Shown here: piece after piece, positions 28,463 to 36,831 of the stretch
Numbering within the stretch: the stretch's first letter is position 1
Layout: the number at the start of each line of letters is the position of its first letter
Origin: Nitrospirota bacterium
GTDB taxonomy: Bacteria; Nitrospirota; UBA9217
NCBI GenBank assembly: GCA_963790205.1
Contig: CAWBNQ010000001.1
Span: 352,001 to 416,000, forward strand
Length of the DNA: 64,000 nucleotides
Direction: 5' to 3'
Position numbers and translations under genes: made by a program
The notes under the pieces: generated by a model
Databases searched by the model: none
The model's input: only the letters and a program-made list of their open reading frames with translations
Told to the model about the DNA's origin: nothing

Positions 28463-28491
28463 TTGACAATTGCGTTGTGCTGTGATATCGT
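28463..28491 (+). promoter_or_regulatory. Sigma70 promoter of the RAYT gene (near-leaderless)
   Basis: TTGACA-17 nt-TATCGT with extended TG, 9 nt before the ATG at 28501. Confidence 0.65.
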
Positions 28492-28500
28492 CGCGACATT

Positions 28501-29372
28501 ATGGCCCGTCCCCTTCGCATAGAGTATCCCGGTGCTGTTTACCACGTCACCTCCCGCGGGAACGAAAAGAAGCCTGTCTTCAAGGACGAGCAGGACCGTC
28601 TGAACTTCCTCAATACTCTCCAGCATGCCGGCAAACGCTACAACTGGATCTGCCACGCTTATTGTCTCATGACCAACCATTACCACCTTCTCATCGAGAC
28701 CCCGGACGGCAATCTATCCATCGGCATGAGACAACTGAACGGCGTCTACACGCAGCTCTTTAACAATTGGCATGGCAGGACCGGTCACCTGTTCCAGGGA
28801 CGATACAAAGCCATTCTCATCCAGAAGGACAGCCATCTCCTTGAGGTTTGCCGGTATGTGGTCCTGAATCCTGTGCGGGCCAAGATGGCTGAGACGCCGG
28901 AGGAGTATCGCTGGTCCAGCTACCCGGCTACGGCGGGCAGAGCAAAGCCCCATCCGTGCCTCACCACAGACTGGGTATTGGGCCAATTCAGCGGGAAGCG
29001 GGGCAAGGCGGAGCAAGATACCGGCAGTTCGTCAAATGGGGGATCGGCAAACAATCCGTCTGGACCGACGTGCGGGGCCAGACGCTACTCGGTGAAGAAG
29101 ATTTTGCAGACCGCTTTATAGATCATCTCAGGAAGCATAAAGAGGTGCCCGAGATCACCCGGAGTCAAAAATACCTGAAGAGGCCGGCCCTGGAAAAGCT
29201 GTTTTCGGAAGACATTTTACGGAATAAGCGCAAGCGGAACCGGCGCATAGCCGATGCGGTAGAACGCCATGGGTATCTTCAGAGAGAGCTCGCGGATCAT
29301 CTGAGATTGAACTATGCAACCGTCAGCAGGTTGGTGAGCGCTCAAGAGCAAATATCAAATAACAAGACGTGA
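28501..29372 (+). pseudogene. REP-associated tyrosine transposase (Y1_Tnp + C-terminal HTH), frameshifted
   Basis: MARPLRIEYPGAVYHVTSRGN, HUH motif NHYHLL, GHLFQGRY, RYVVLNPVRA, YRWSSY. A 1-nt loss at ~29019 (EQ[E]YRQFVKWG) separates the HTH tail (QRELADHLRLNYATVSR); the stop codon lies inside the right inverted repeat. Confidence 0.88.
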
Positions 29373-29374
29373 CC

Positions 29375-29843
29375 CTATAGATTTGCTATAGATTTGCTAT
29401 AGATTCTATAGATTCCTATAGATTCTTTACCGCCATGACACACCGACGGATGACGCCGAAACCGCTCAGCGGGATAATAGAAGAAGTCAACACCGCCCTC
29501 CGCGGCTGGGTTGGCTATTTTCATTACCGCAACAGCAGCAAGGCACTTCAGCACCTCAAGTTCCATGTTGAAGCGCGAGTGCGCACGCATCTGCGGAAGC
29601 GGCATAAGATCAAAAGTAGGGCCACGGGGTTTACCAGGTTCACGAACAGGTCTTTGTACGAGAAGTATGGGCTCTATAAAGTGCCGACAACAGCGGGCTG
29701 GACGAAAGCGCATGCCTTGCGATGAAGAACATCGGAAAGCCGTGTGCGGGAAAACCGCATGCACGGTTTGATGAGGGAGGGCTGGTCAATATGACCGTTC
29801 TCTACTCTACCTATAGATTCTCCTGACCCTATAGATTCTCCCC
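29375..29843 (+). repeat. Seven CTATAGATT units stacked at the right RAYT end
   Basis: Units start at 29375, 29386, 29397, 29406, 29416, 29811 and 29829. Confidence 0.92.
29427..29810 (+). mobile_element. 5'-truncated group II intron (maturase X-domain tail + domains V and VI)
   Basis: ORF 29435..29725 has EVNTALRGWVGYFHYRNS and LYEKYGLYKVP. It is followed by domain V aagccgtgtgcgggaaaaccgcatgcacggttt (AGC triad) and domain VI ending ctactctAC with a bulged A. Confidence 0.92.
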
Positions 29844-29853
29844 AGAATATTCA

Positions 29854-29890
29854 TTGACTGCAGGTATATTTAAGGTATAATTTCTATACC
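29854..29890 (+). promoter_or_regulatory. brnTA promoter with overlapping palindromic operator
   Basis: TTGACT-16 nt-TATAAT; GGTATA-atttc-TATACC palindrome covering the -10 box up to the ATG. Confidence 0.7.
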
Positions 29891-30160
29891 ATGGAATTTG
29901 AGTTCGACCCCAAGAAAAGCGACAGCAACAAACAAAAGCATGGGCTTGATTTCTATGAAGCCCAAGCCTTATGGGACGATCCTGATTTTATTGAGATCCC
30001 CGTTCAGACCATTGATGAACCACGCTGTCTGGTGATCGGAATGATAGAGGGGAAACACTGGTCGGGAGTCATCATCTATCGAGGTGATAAAGTAAGAATT
30101 ATATCGGTACGCCGATCAAGGAAAGAGGAGGTGGAGATATATGAAAGTGAAAGCGCGTGA
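29891..30160 (+). CDS. brnT: BrnT-family toxin
   Basis: FEFDPKKSDSNKQKHGLDF ... RIISVRRSRKEE. Confidence 0.92.
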   Translation: MEFEFDPKKSDSNKQKHGLDFYEAQALWDDPDFIEIPVQTIDEPRCLVIGMIEGKHWSGVIIYRGDKVRIISVRRSRKEEVEIYESESA

Positions 30161-30371
30161 TTTCGACAAGAAATTCGATGAAGGTGCAAATATTACAAAG
30201 CATCTTGATCTGAAGAAGGCAAAAAGACCCGAGCAGGAACAGAAAAGAGTGAACGTCGATTTCCCTGTGTGGATGATTCAATTATTGGACAAAGAGGCAA
30301 AACGCCTGGGAGTCCCCCGCCAGTCGATTATCAAAGTCTGGGTAGCGGAGCGACTTGAAAAAGCTTCGTGA
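30141..30371 (+). CDS. brnA: BrnA/CopG-family antitoxin
   Basis: FDKKFDEG ... KRVNVDFPVWMI..LDKEA..LGVPRQSIIK ribbon-helix-helix; overlaps the toxin gene. Confidence 0.88.
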   Translation: MKVKARDFDKKFDEGANITKHLDLKKAKRPEQEQKRVNVDFPVWMIQLLDKEAKRLGVPRQSIIKVWVAERLEKAS

Positions 30372-30374
30372 ACG

Positions 30375-30430
30375 TTTTAACCACGCCGTCGAGAGGGTCA
30401 TTGAGGGGGCCCCTCACGGCGGCGTTGGGG
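30375..30430 (+). other. Integron attC site 2
   Basis: tttTAAC cacgc cgtcgag ... ctcacg gcggc GTTGGGG, 56 bp, immediately after the antitoxin stop. Confidence 0.85.
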
Positions 30431-30493
30431 TTTTTCATTTTTGCATTGTTTCGCGGCAATTAAAAAATATTTATCGTTTTTTAAGAGGTGAGC

Positions 30494-30964
30494 ATGGTAA
30501 TAGATTACATCCCGTACCTAATCCCGCTGTGGATTACTGCCCTCTTTTTAATCAATGATCAAATTCGAAAAGGATCACTTAAAAAAACACAAGCACATTA
30601 TAGCGAGAAATTTTTCACGAATCGTCCGCCCATCGAAACTTTTAAAGCAATAATGGCATTCGCGACGCAAAACCGATATCGCATTGATGACTTCGACGAA
30701 AAGCATCTTGCAGTAATATTAAACGAAAGAATGTCATGGAATAGCTATGGCTCCCTCTATCCGATTTATGTTCATGAGAAGGCAAGCCGAACCGAGGTGA
30801 AAGTTGGTATAACAAGCAAGGCCGGAAAATTTTTTCTAATTAGTCCGTTCACTCAAAGAGTCCTGACCCTACGTCTAGAGCGGATGCTCAATGCTGTTAA
30901 AGGTGCGGTGTTCGCATATGGAATAGAAAAAGAAAGCGAAAATGCCGAAGGCCAAGGACATTAG
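30494..30964 (+). CDS. Hypothetical membrane-anchored cassette protein
   Basis: Low-GC ORF between attC sites with an N-terminal hydrophobic segment and GAGG RBS. Confidence 0.7.
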   Translation: MVIDYIPYLIPLWITALFLINDQIRKGSLKKTQAHYSEKFFTNRPPIETFKAIMAFATQNRYRIDDFDEKHLAVILNERMSWNSYGSLYPIYVHEKASRTEVKVGITSKAGKFFLISPFTQRVLTLRLERMLNAVKGAVFAYGIEKESENAEGQGH

Positions 30965-30984
30965 ACCGCAACTCGACACAATGA

Positions 30985-31043
30985 TCCCAACCACGCCGTC
31001 GAGAGGGTCGCTGAATGATGCGCCCCTCAGGGCGGCGTTCCTG
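30985..31043 (+). other. Integron attC site 3
   Basis: tccCAAC cacgc cgtcgag aggg ... cccctc agg gcggc GTTCCTG; its R'' (tcccaac) is complementary to the cassette's leading GTTGGG. Confidence 0.85.
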
Positions 31044-31235
31044 TGCTGATTACAACCAGTATCTCACGCATTTTCTAAGCGCTCGGCTCTGCAAGATTGT
31101 GGGTGTGGCCAGCGTCTGTCTAATTCAGAATGAAGTGATTGATTCAGATCGAAAAATATAGAGTGGATTTCATCCTGAAACAGTTGTGGTTGCGCCGCCT
31201 GTGCATTAGGGTACGCTTAATGGCGAAAGGTGGAA

Positions 31236-31853
31236 ATGAAAAAAGGAATATTTGTAATAGTGCTTAGTGCGCTTTGGCTCACGACGGTGCATGCAGAAAC
31301 ATATGAAAGCCAATTTGGATTCAGTGTCGATCTCCCTTCTCACTGGAATGTTGTCAATATGAAGAACCTGAAAAATAATCCAGAGAAATACTACAGCGCG
31401 CACAATGACAAATCAAAGAATATTGACGATAGCCTCTCGGAAAAATATAAAAAAGAAATACTGAAGGGGAAGGTCGAAATTTATGAGAATTTATCGACCA
31501 ATTACGACAATTTTACCGATAACATTTACGTTCAAATGGATCATGGTGAAATGAAGCCACTAAAAGCAATGGAGCCGGCAATTTGTAATGTGAGTATGTT
31601 AAAAGCTGCTTTTTCACGGTCGTTTGGCAGGGACGTTACCATATACGCCTGTAGAGTCGTTAAGGTGTCGAGCTATGATGCCATTTACATGGACTTTGAT
31701 GGTGCGTATCGGGGAACTCGATCCATTCAATATCAAATATGGAAGCCCTCAAACGATATTATTATAATGACCTTAACAACCAAGAATAAAACTCTAAATA
31801 AACTCAGAGACGATTTTACCGCTATTATTTATTCCCTTAGCGTAACTAAGTAG
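31236..31853 (+). CDS. Hypothetical exported cassette protein
   Basis: Signal peptide MKKGIFVIVLSALWLTTVHA; FGFSVDLPSHW motif; low GC. Confidence 0.75.
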   Translation: MKKGIFVIVLSALWLTTVHAETYESQFGFSVDLPSHWNVVNMKNLKNNPEKYYSAHNDKSKNIDDSLSEKYKKEILKGKVEIYENLSTNYDNFTDNIYVQMDHGEMKPLKAMEPAICNVSMLKAAFSRSFGRDVTIYACRVVKVSSYDAIYMDFDGAYRGTRSIQYQIWKPSNDIIIMTLTTKNKTLNKLRDDFTAIIYSLSVTK

Positions 31854-31861
31854 TCATCGTG

Positions 31862-31913
31862 AGCTAACCAGCGGGAGAGAGGGCGTTTCGTGCCTCTCAC
31901 TCGCATATTCTCC
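31862..31913 (+). other. Degenerate attC site 4
   Basis: agcTAAC cagcg ggagagagg ... cctctcactcgc, with R' decayed (ATT instead of GTT). Confidence 0.55.
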
Positions 31914-31948
31914 ATCGCCGTCTTTTGGCCGCTCTTTAAAAGGATGCT

Positions 31949-32722
31949 ATGTTTTGCCGTAAATGCGGAACCGAGCATAGAAAAGGATTTACCAGGTGTG
32001 CGGACTGTGACGTTCCCCTGGTAAAGGAACGGCCGCCGGAATTGCCGATACTGAATACTCCAACAAATATTTTTCGGCAACTAGATGACAAGATTGTGAC
32101 ATTTGTGCGAAGCCACTATCTTGAGCTGAAAGAAAAAAAGGATGTCAAGTTTCACTCTATCATTACGGTCCTCGCCACATTCATTTCCACCAGTTATCTC
32201 TCGCCTTTTTTCTGGAGCGATGACGTTCAAGGTTTAAAAAACTTTTTTGCTGTTTATCGAATCGCGTTCGCGCTGTTTTGCTTTGCACTATATGCCCTCG
32301 TTTTTTATTTCTGGCGTGTTTATTTCACGTTGAGAAAGGAAGGCGTAATTTCCGACAAGAACATCTTTTCTGCTGAATCAGCCGGTGTATACAGAAAAAT
32401 AATTTTTTATATTGCTCTTATACCTTATTTTATACATATAATACATTCTCGTTTTGCGCCAGCCGCCGAGTATCATGAAACAATAAATATCTGGAGGTAT
32501 GCCTCGCTTTCCGACGTTTATCGTGAGGCAGGGCTCACCGTTTTTTATAATATGATCGATTTCATTATTTTTGCGGAGTGCCTCAGGTTCTTTTATGCGT
32601 GGAGCAATAAGAAGCACATTGCTGTTGTGCTGCTTGCTACAGTACTTCTCTCGGCTTTTCAGTTACTCGTTCGATATGCCATTAGCGGGCATGGAATGTT
32701 TTGGCAATCTGCTAGAATGTAA
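31949..32722 (+). CDS. Zinc-ribbon-containing membrane protein (cassette)
   Basis: MFCRKCG...CADCDVPLV N-terminus and several TM segments; low GC. Confidence 0.75.
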   Translation: MFCRKCGTEHRKGFTRCADCDVPLVKERPPELPILNTPTNIFRQLDDKIVTFVRSHYLELKEKKDVKFHSIITVLATFISTSYLSPFFWSDDVQGLKNFFAVYRIAFALFCFALYALVFYFWRVYFTLRKEGVISDKNIFSAESAGVYRKIIFYIALIPYFIHIIHSRFAPAAEYHETINIWRYASLSDVYREAGLTVFYNMIDFIIFAECLRFFYAWSNKKHIAVVLLATVLLSAFQLLVRYAISGHGMFWQSARM

Positions 32723-32768
32723 CAAGCCAGGTCGAGGCGGCATAAGGCACGCCTCACCCGCGATGAAC
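32717..32768 (+). other. Degenerate attC site 5
   Basis: atgTAAC (overlapping the stop codon) ... ggt(c)gaggcg / cgcctcacc stem ... GATGAAC, one mismatch to GTTRRRY. Confidence 0.6.
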
Positions 32769-32809
32769 AGAGCTTCGCGCGCCCACTAGCCAGCACAGGA
32801 GACCCCGAG

Positions 32810-33292
32810 ATGTCGACCGTCAATGCTGCCATCCGCACCGCCACAGTCGCCGATGCCGACGCGATCGGAGTACTGGTGAGGGAGTTCCAGGCGTACCTCC
32901 GTGCGCTGGGCGACCGCACACAGTTTGAGTTTACCGCCGAGACCTACCGGCGGGACGGCTTTGGCCCAGACCCTGCTTTTTCCGGTCTTGTCGCCGAGCT
33001 TGACGGCGAGGTGGTCGGTTATCTCCTGTACCACTTCGGCTACGATACGGACCGGGCGATGCGGGTGATGTTCGTGATCGACCTCTATGTGCAGGAAGCG
33101 AAGCGCAGGCGCGGGACAGGTGGGGCGCTCATGAGAAGGGCGGCCCGGATCTGCCGGGAGGCCGGCGGACGCGAGCTCATGTGGTCGGTTTTCATTGCGA
33201 ACAAGCCGGCGTTCCAGTTCTATGAGCGCCTCGGGGCCAAGTACCTTCAGGAGCTGAAGTACATGTACTGGCCGGTCCCCTCCTTGCCGTGA
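32810..33292 (+). CDS. GNAT-family N-acetyltransferase
   Basis: DLYVQEAKRRRGTGGALM, N..AFQFYERLG. Confidence 0.9.
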   Translation: MSTVNAAIRTATVADADAIGVLVREFQAYLRALGDRTQFEFTAETYRRDGFGPDPAFSGLVAELDGEVVGYLLYHFGYDTDRAMRVMFVIDLYVQEAKRRRGTGGALMRRAARICREAGGRELMWSVFIANKPAFQFYERLGAKYLQELKYMYWPVPSLP

Positions 33293-33390
33293 AAGGACAT
33301 CAAGAAAAGCCGGCATAGCTTCGTGCATAGGGGGCGAGGAGATGCTGATATTATTGTAATGAGAACGCCATAACGAGCAGGGAGAAAACC

Positions 33391-33924
33391 ATGATAAAGG
33401 AATACCAGATGTCGATGCTGTCGCTTTTCATTGAGCTGGAGCTTAAGCTCGCTGAAATGTACAGCCTTCTCGCAGAAATATTTTCTGAAGAGAGCTTTTT
33501 TTTCAAGGCTCACAATGGCGAGGAGCTGCAGCACGCGCAGTGGCTGGAATACTTCAAGGCTAAAGTCGAAAAGGGAGAAGTCCTGTTCAAAGAGGACAAG
33601 ACGCGTACAGACACGCTCAAATCTTTCATTGCCAATATACAGACCATACTGTCCGATGCAAAAGCCGGCAAACTGACGATCATATCCGCGCTTTCGTTGT
33701 CTGCGGGCATCGAGGAATCGCTCATCGAGCGGAAAGCCTTTGATCACTTCATAGCAAGCTCTCCGGAACTTCAATATACGCTGAAACGCCTTCTGACCGA
33801 GACTGCGGAGCACGCGGGGGGAAAAAAAACTCAAGAGCAAGTATTTGAAATCTGCCGCCCCGTGACGCGCGCGAACCGGTGGGGCGATCGCTCACTCGCC
33901 CCGGTATGCGAGGACAGGACATGA
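33391..33924 (+). CDS. Ferritin-like/rubrerythrin-like protein; C-terminus uncertain
   Basis: ELKLAEMY, EELQH, IEESLIE, ETAEH diiron-type ExxH motifs; a G/A homopolymer run at ~33815-33829 may shift the tail. Confidence 0.7.
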   Translation: MIKEYQMSMLSLFIELELKLAEMYSLLAEIFSEESFFFKAHNGEELQHAQWLEYFKAKVEKGEVLFKEDKTRTDTLKSFIANIQTILSDAKAGKLTIISALSLSAGIEESLIERKAFDHFIASSPELQYTLKRLLTETAEHAGGKKTQEQVFEICRPVTRANRWGDRSLAPVCEDRT

Positions 33925-34432
33925 TCGTCCGACAGGAAGCAAGAGAAGATAGTAAAGGCATTCATGCTTTAAACGAACTGGCATTCGGTCAGCCGCGTGA
34001 GGCGGACATTGTGGATACCTTGAGAAACAACTGTAATGGCGTGCTGTCCTTTGTTGCAACGGAGAATAAAAAAATAGTGGGGCATATTCTCTTCAGCCCT
34101 GCGGAAATTGAAGGACCGCACGGCGTAATCAAAGGCATGGGGCTTGCCCCCCTGGCCGTGTTGCCGGACAAGCAGCGGCAGGGCATAGGAACGCAATTGA
34201 TCAGAAGGGCATGGAAGAACTAAAAAAACTTCGATGCCCGTTCATTATTGTCCTCGGTCACCATGAATATTACCTGCGTTTTGGTTTTGAAAGGGCCTCG
34301 CTCTACGGAATAAAATGCCAATGGGACGGCGTACCGGATGAAGCATTCATGGTCCTGTGGCTTGATAAGTCAAAGGCGGGGCACGTTTCAGGACTTGCAC
34401 GATACCGAGAAGAATTTAACGAGGCGGTTTAA
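33921..34432 (+). pseudogene. YhbS-like GNAT acetyltransferase, frameshifted at ~34205
   Basis: MIVRQE...GLAPLAVLPDKQRQGIGTQLI continues in another frame as MEELKK...VLGHHEYYLRFGF. Confidence 0.85.
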
Positions 34433-34470
34433 GGTAACGTCCGCATATAACTATGAATCGCCACAATTGC

Positions 34471-34630
34471 TTTCCCCATGGGCCTGATCGCCTCCAGAAA
34501 CTCTTCGCCGTACCGCTCAAGCTTCACGTCTCCCACGCCCGGGATCCGTCTCATCTCGGAGGCGGTCTTCGGGAAATGCCTGCACATCTCATGGAGGTTT
34601 TTGTCAGAAAAAATAACATAGGGCGGCACG
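34471..34630 (-). repeat. Diverged duplicate of the recQ 3' end (HRDC-coding)
   Basis: Direct repeat of 36852..37012 with 11 substitutions and one 1-nt indel by manual alignment. Confidence 0.93.
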
Positions 34631-34703
34631 TGGTTCGCCCCGGTAATCTTTCAGAGCGACGCCTTGTTGGCAGGATTGCGTTGTCCGACCTGTAAACGCG
34701 CCG

Positions 34704-35261
34704 TTATTCGGGCTTTTGCTGAAGGTTCTTCAACTGGGTCGATGCCGTATCGATCGCTTTCTTGACGCCGGCATTCTCCGGTTCGAATTCGAGGACGTTC
34801 TTCCAGAGGGAGATCGCGGCGGTCAGGTTGCCCTGCCGGTACTGCACCAGGGCGCGCTCGGAGAGGCGGTCCGAGCACTCCTTCAACCTGGCTTGAAGGT
34901 ATTTCCTGTCGAAGGACAGGTCGCCGTCGATTTTCTGAAAACGCGGGTAGTTTCTGAGCAGGACGGCGTAGGTCCGCCCCGATGCGGCGAACTCCTCCCT
35001 GTCGAAGTCGCCGTCGGCCGCATCCCGGATATCTTCAGCGGCCTTGAGATAGTGCTTGAGCAACCCGCGGTCGCCGGGGTATTTTTGAAGCGCGGCGCTG
35101 TAGACCCCCAGGGCGCCGTCGAAATCGCGCTTCCTGATATCCTGCTCCGATTCCCTGAGCGCGAGATCGGCCTCCGCTCTTTTCTGGGGAATGCAGGCCG
35201 GCAGGAGCAGAAGCATGGCAACAAAAAGCGCTGTACTGTTTTTGGAAAGAAGCCTCATCAT
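34704..35261 (-). CDS. TPR-containing lipoprotein
   Basis: Lipobox LPAC; TPR-like GNLTAAISLWKNVLEFEPEN. Confidence 0.8.
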   Translation of the reverse strand: MMRLLSKNSTALFVAMLLLLPACIPQKRAEADLALRESEQDIRKRDFDGALGVYSAALQKYPGDRGLLKHYLKAAEDIRDAADGDFDREEFAASGRTYAVLLRNYPRFQKIDGDLSFDRKYLQARLKECSDRLSERALVQYRQGNLTAAISLWKNVLEFEPENAGVKKAIDTASTQLKNLQQKPE

Positions 35262-35265
35262 TCCT

Positions 35266-36633
35266 CTACGCGCTCACGTTCAGCGGTCTTCTCACAACAC
35301 GCCTCTCCATGATCCTGATGAAGACCTTGATAAGTTCGGGGTTGAACTGACTGCCGGAGAAGCTCTCGAGCTCGCCAAAGGTCTTTGTTTCCGAAAAGGC
35401 GTTCCGGTACGGCCTGTTGGACATCATGGCATCATAGGTGTCGGCTACGGAGATGATGGCGGCAGGCAGCGGAATGACCTCGCCTTGCAGCCCGTCGGGG
35501 TAGCCGCTCCCGTTGAACCACTCATGGTGGTGCCTGACCGGGAGAATATACTTGTGGAGCGACGGCGCTTTGCTCAGAAGTTCGGCGCCGTATTCGGTAT
35601 GACGCATCATTTCCTGGTGTTCGTCGGGGTCCAGTTTGCCGCGTTTGCGGAGGATCACGTCCGGAATTTTGATCTTCCCGATATCGTGAAAAAGGCAGGC
35701 GACCTCGAGCTCTTCCAGAGCCTTCTTGTCGAGGCCGAGCTCCCTGCCGAGAAGCACGGACAGCACGGAAACCCTGAGCGAGTGGCCATGGGTATAGGGG
35801 TCCCTCGCGTCGATGGCCGCGGCAAGGACCCGGGTCGTGGACAGGTAGGAGTCTTCCAGGTCCTTGGCGGACCTGCTGAGCCGGCCGCGCTGGTCGCTGA
35901 TGAGCGCGGTCATCTCGTTGAAGCTTTCCGTCAATTTCCCGAGCTCGTCGTACGAATAGACCTTGAGCCGGCGGCTTCCCTCTCCCGCCTTGAGATCGTC
36001 GACCCCTGCGGAAAGCTCCCGAATGGGTCTTGTCAGGAACGACGAGAGGGTGACGCTGCCTGCTATTCCCAGGAGAAGCACAACGGCAAACGCCGCCAGG
36101 AGCCTTGCCCGGACCAGACGCTGGGCGTCCTGCAGGACCGAGCTGTTCACGCTGAGGACGACCGTACCGAGCCGCTTGTTCATCAGGACGATGGGACTGG
36201 CTATTTCGAGAAGTCCGGCAGGCGGGTCCGATAACTCCGTGATCATGGTCCCGTCGGGACGCTGGAGCAGGACGCTGCCCTGGGCAAGGCGCAGCTGTTT
36301 CCCGGTCCCGGATATATCGCTGTTGGCGATGACCTTCATGCGCGTGTCGGCGACGGCGATGAACTCCACGTCCCGGTTCGACTCGCGCATTTTGAAGACC
36401 ATGTTGTCGAGGGCGAGGAAATCCTTCGCAAGCAGGCTGTAACCCGCCGATGCCGCGACGCTCCTCGCCAGGGCTTCCGAACGTTTGAGGACCTCGTTCA
36501 GGATGTGGCGGTTCATGATCGCGACGGTGATGAGATAGAAGGCGACGGTGACGGCGATGAGCAGGACGAGCACAAGGCCGGAAATCTTGAATTTTATCCT
36601 GTTCAATATCATGAGCATGACGACACTGAACAA
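35266..36633 (-). CDS. Membrane-bound HAMP + HD-GYP phosphodiesterase
   Basis: Two TM segments, periplasmic sensor, HAMP, ARDPYTHGHS, HDIGKI, HHEWFNGSGYP, RPYR. Confidence 0.92.
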   Translation of the reverse strand: MFSVVMLMILNRIKFKISGLVLVLLIAVTVAFYLITVAIMNRHILNEVLKRSEALARSVAASAGYSLLAKDFLALDNMVFKMRESNRDVEFIAVADTRMKVIANSDISGTGKQLRLAQGSVLLQRPDGTMITELSDPPAGLLEIASPIVLMNKRLGTVVLSVNSSVLQDAQRLVRARLLAAFAVVLLLGIAGSVTLSSFLTRPIRELSAGVDDLKAGEGSRRLKVYSYDELGKLTESFNEMTALISDQRGRLSRSAKDLEDSYLSTTRVLAAAIDARDPYTHGHSLRVSVLSVLLGRELGLDKKALEELEVACLFHDIGKIKIPDVILRKRGKLDPDEHQEMMRHTEYGAELLSKAPSLHKYILPVRHHHEWFNGSGYPDGLQGEVIPLPAAIISVADTYDAMMSNRPYRNAFSETKTFGELESFSGSQFNPELIKVFIRIMERRVVRRPLNVSA

Positions 36634-36831
36634 TCTCCCTTCCGGCCCCCTGTGCTGCCGGGGTTCCTAACCCCATAATTATAGCGTAAACCGGGGAGGG
36701 AAACAAGCGGCGCGTGTGATCCTGGCGGCCATGCTGTTATGGTCACAAAGAATATCGCCTTGAACCGCCTCTGATCCCGAATGTTCATACCAGAAGGCGT
36801 TCCGCACTCCTTCCCTCCTGGCCGCCTTTTA

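Larger units (their letters stand above)
28441..29380 (+). mobile_element. RAYT-type (Y1 HUH) element bounded by inverted repeats
   Basis: Perfect 19-bp inverted repeat ctatagggtcacgtcttgt (28441-28459) / acaagacgtgaccctatag (29362-29380), imperfectly extending to ~31 bp. Confidence 0.8.

Noticed and set aside
29375..29843. CTATAGATT repeats as a CRISPR array
   Set aside because: Units are 9-15 nt with no regular 25-45-nt spacers, and there are no cas genes.
33870..33910. Hairpin ggggcga-tcgctcac-tcgcccc as a sixth attC site
   Set aside because: R boxes and spacing are too degenerate to call, though it may be a remnant.
34429..34629. Stand-alone HRDC protein gene
   Set aside because: It is the truncated, frameshifted recQ duplicate with no credible start.
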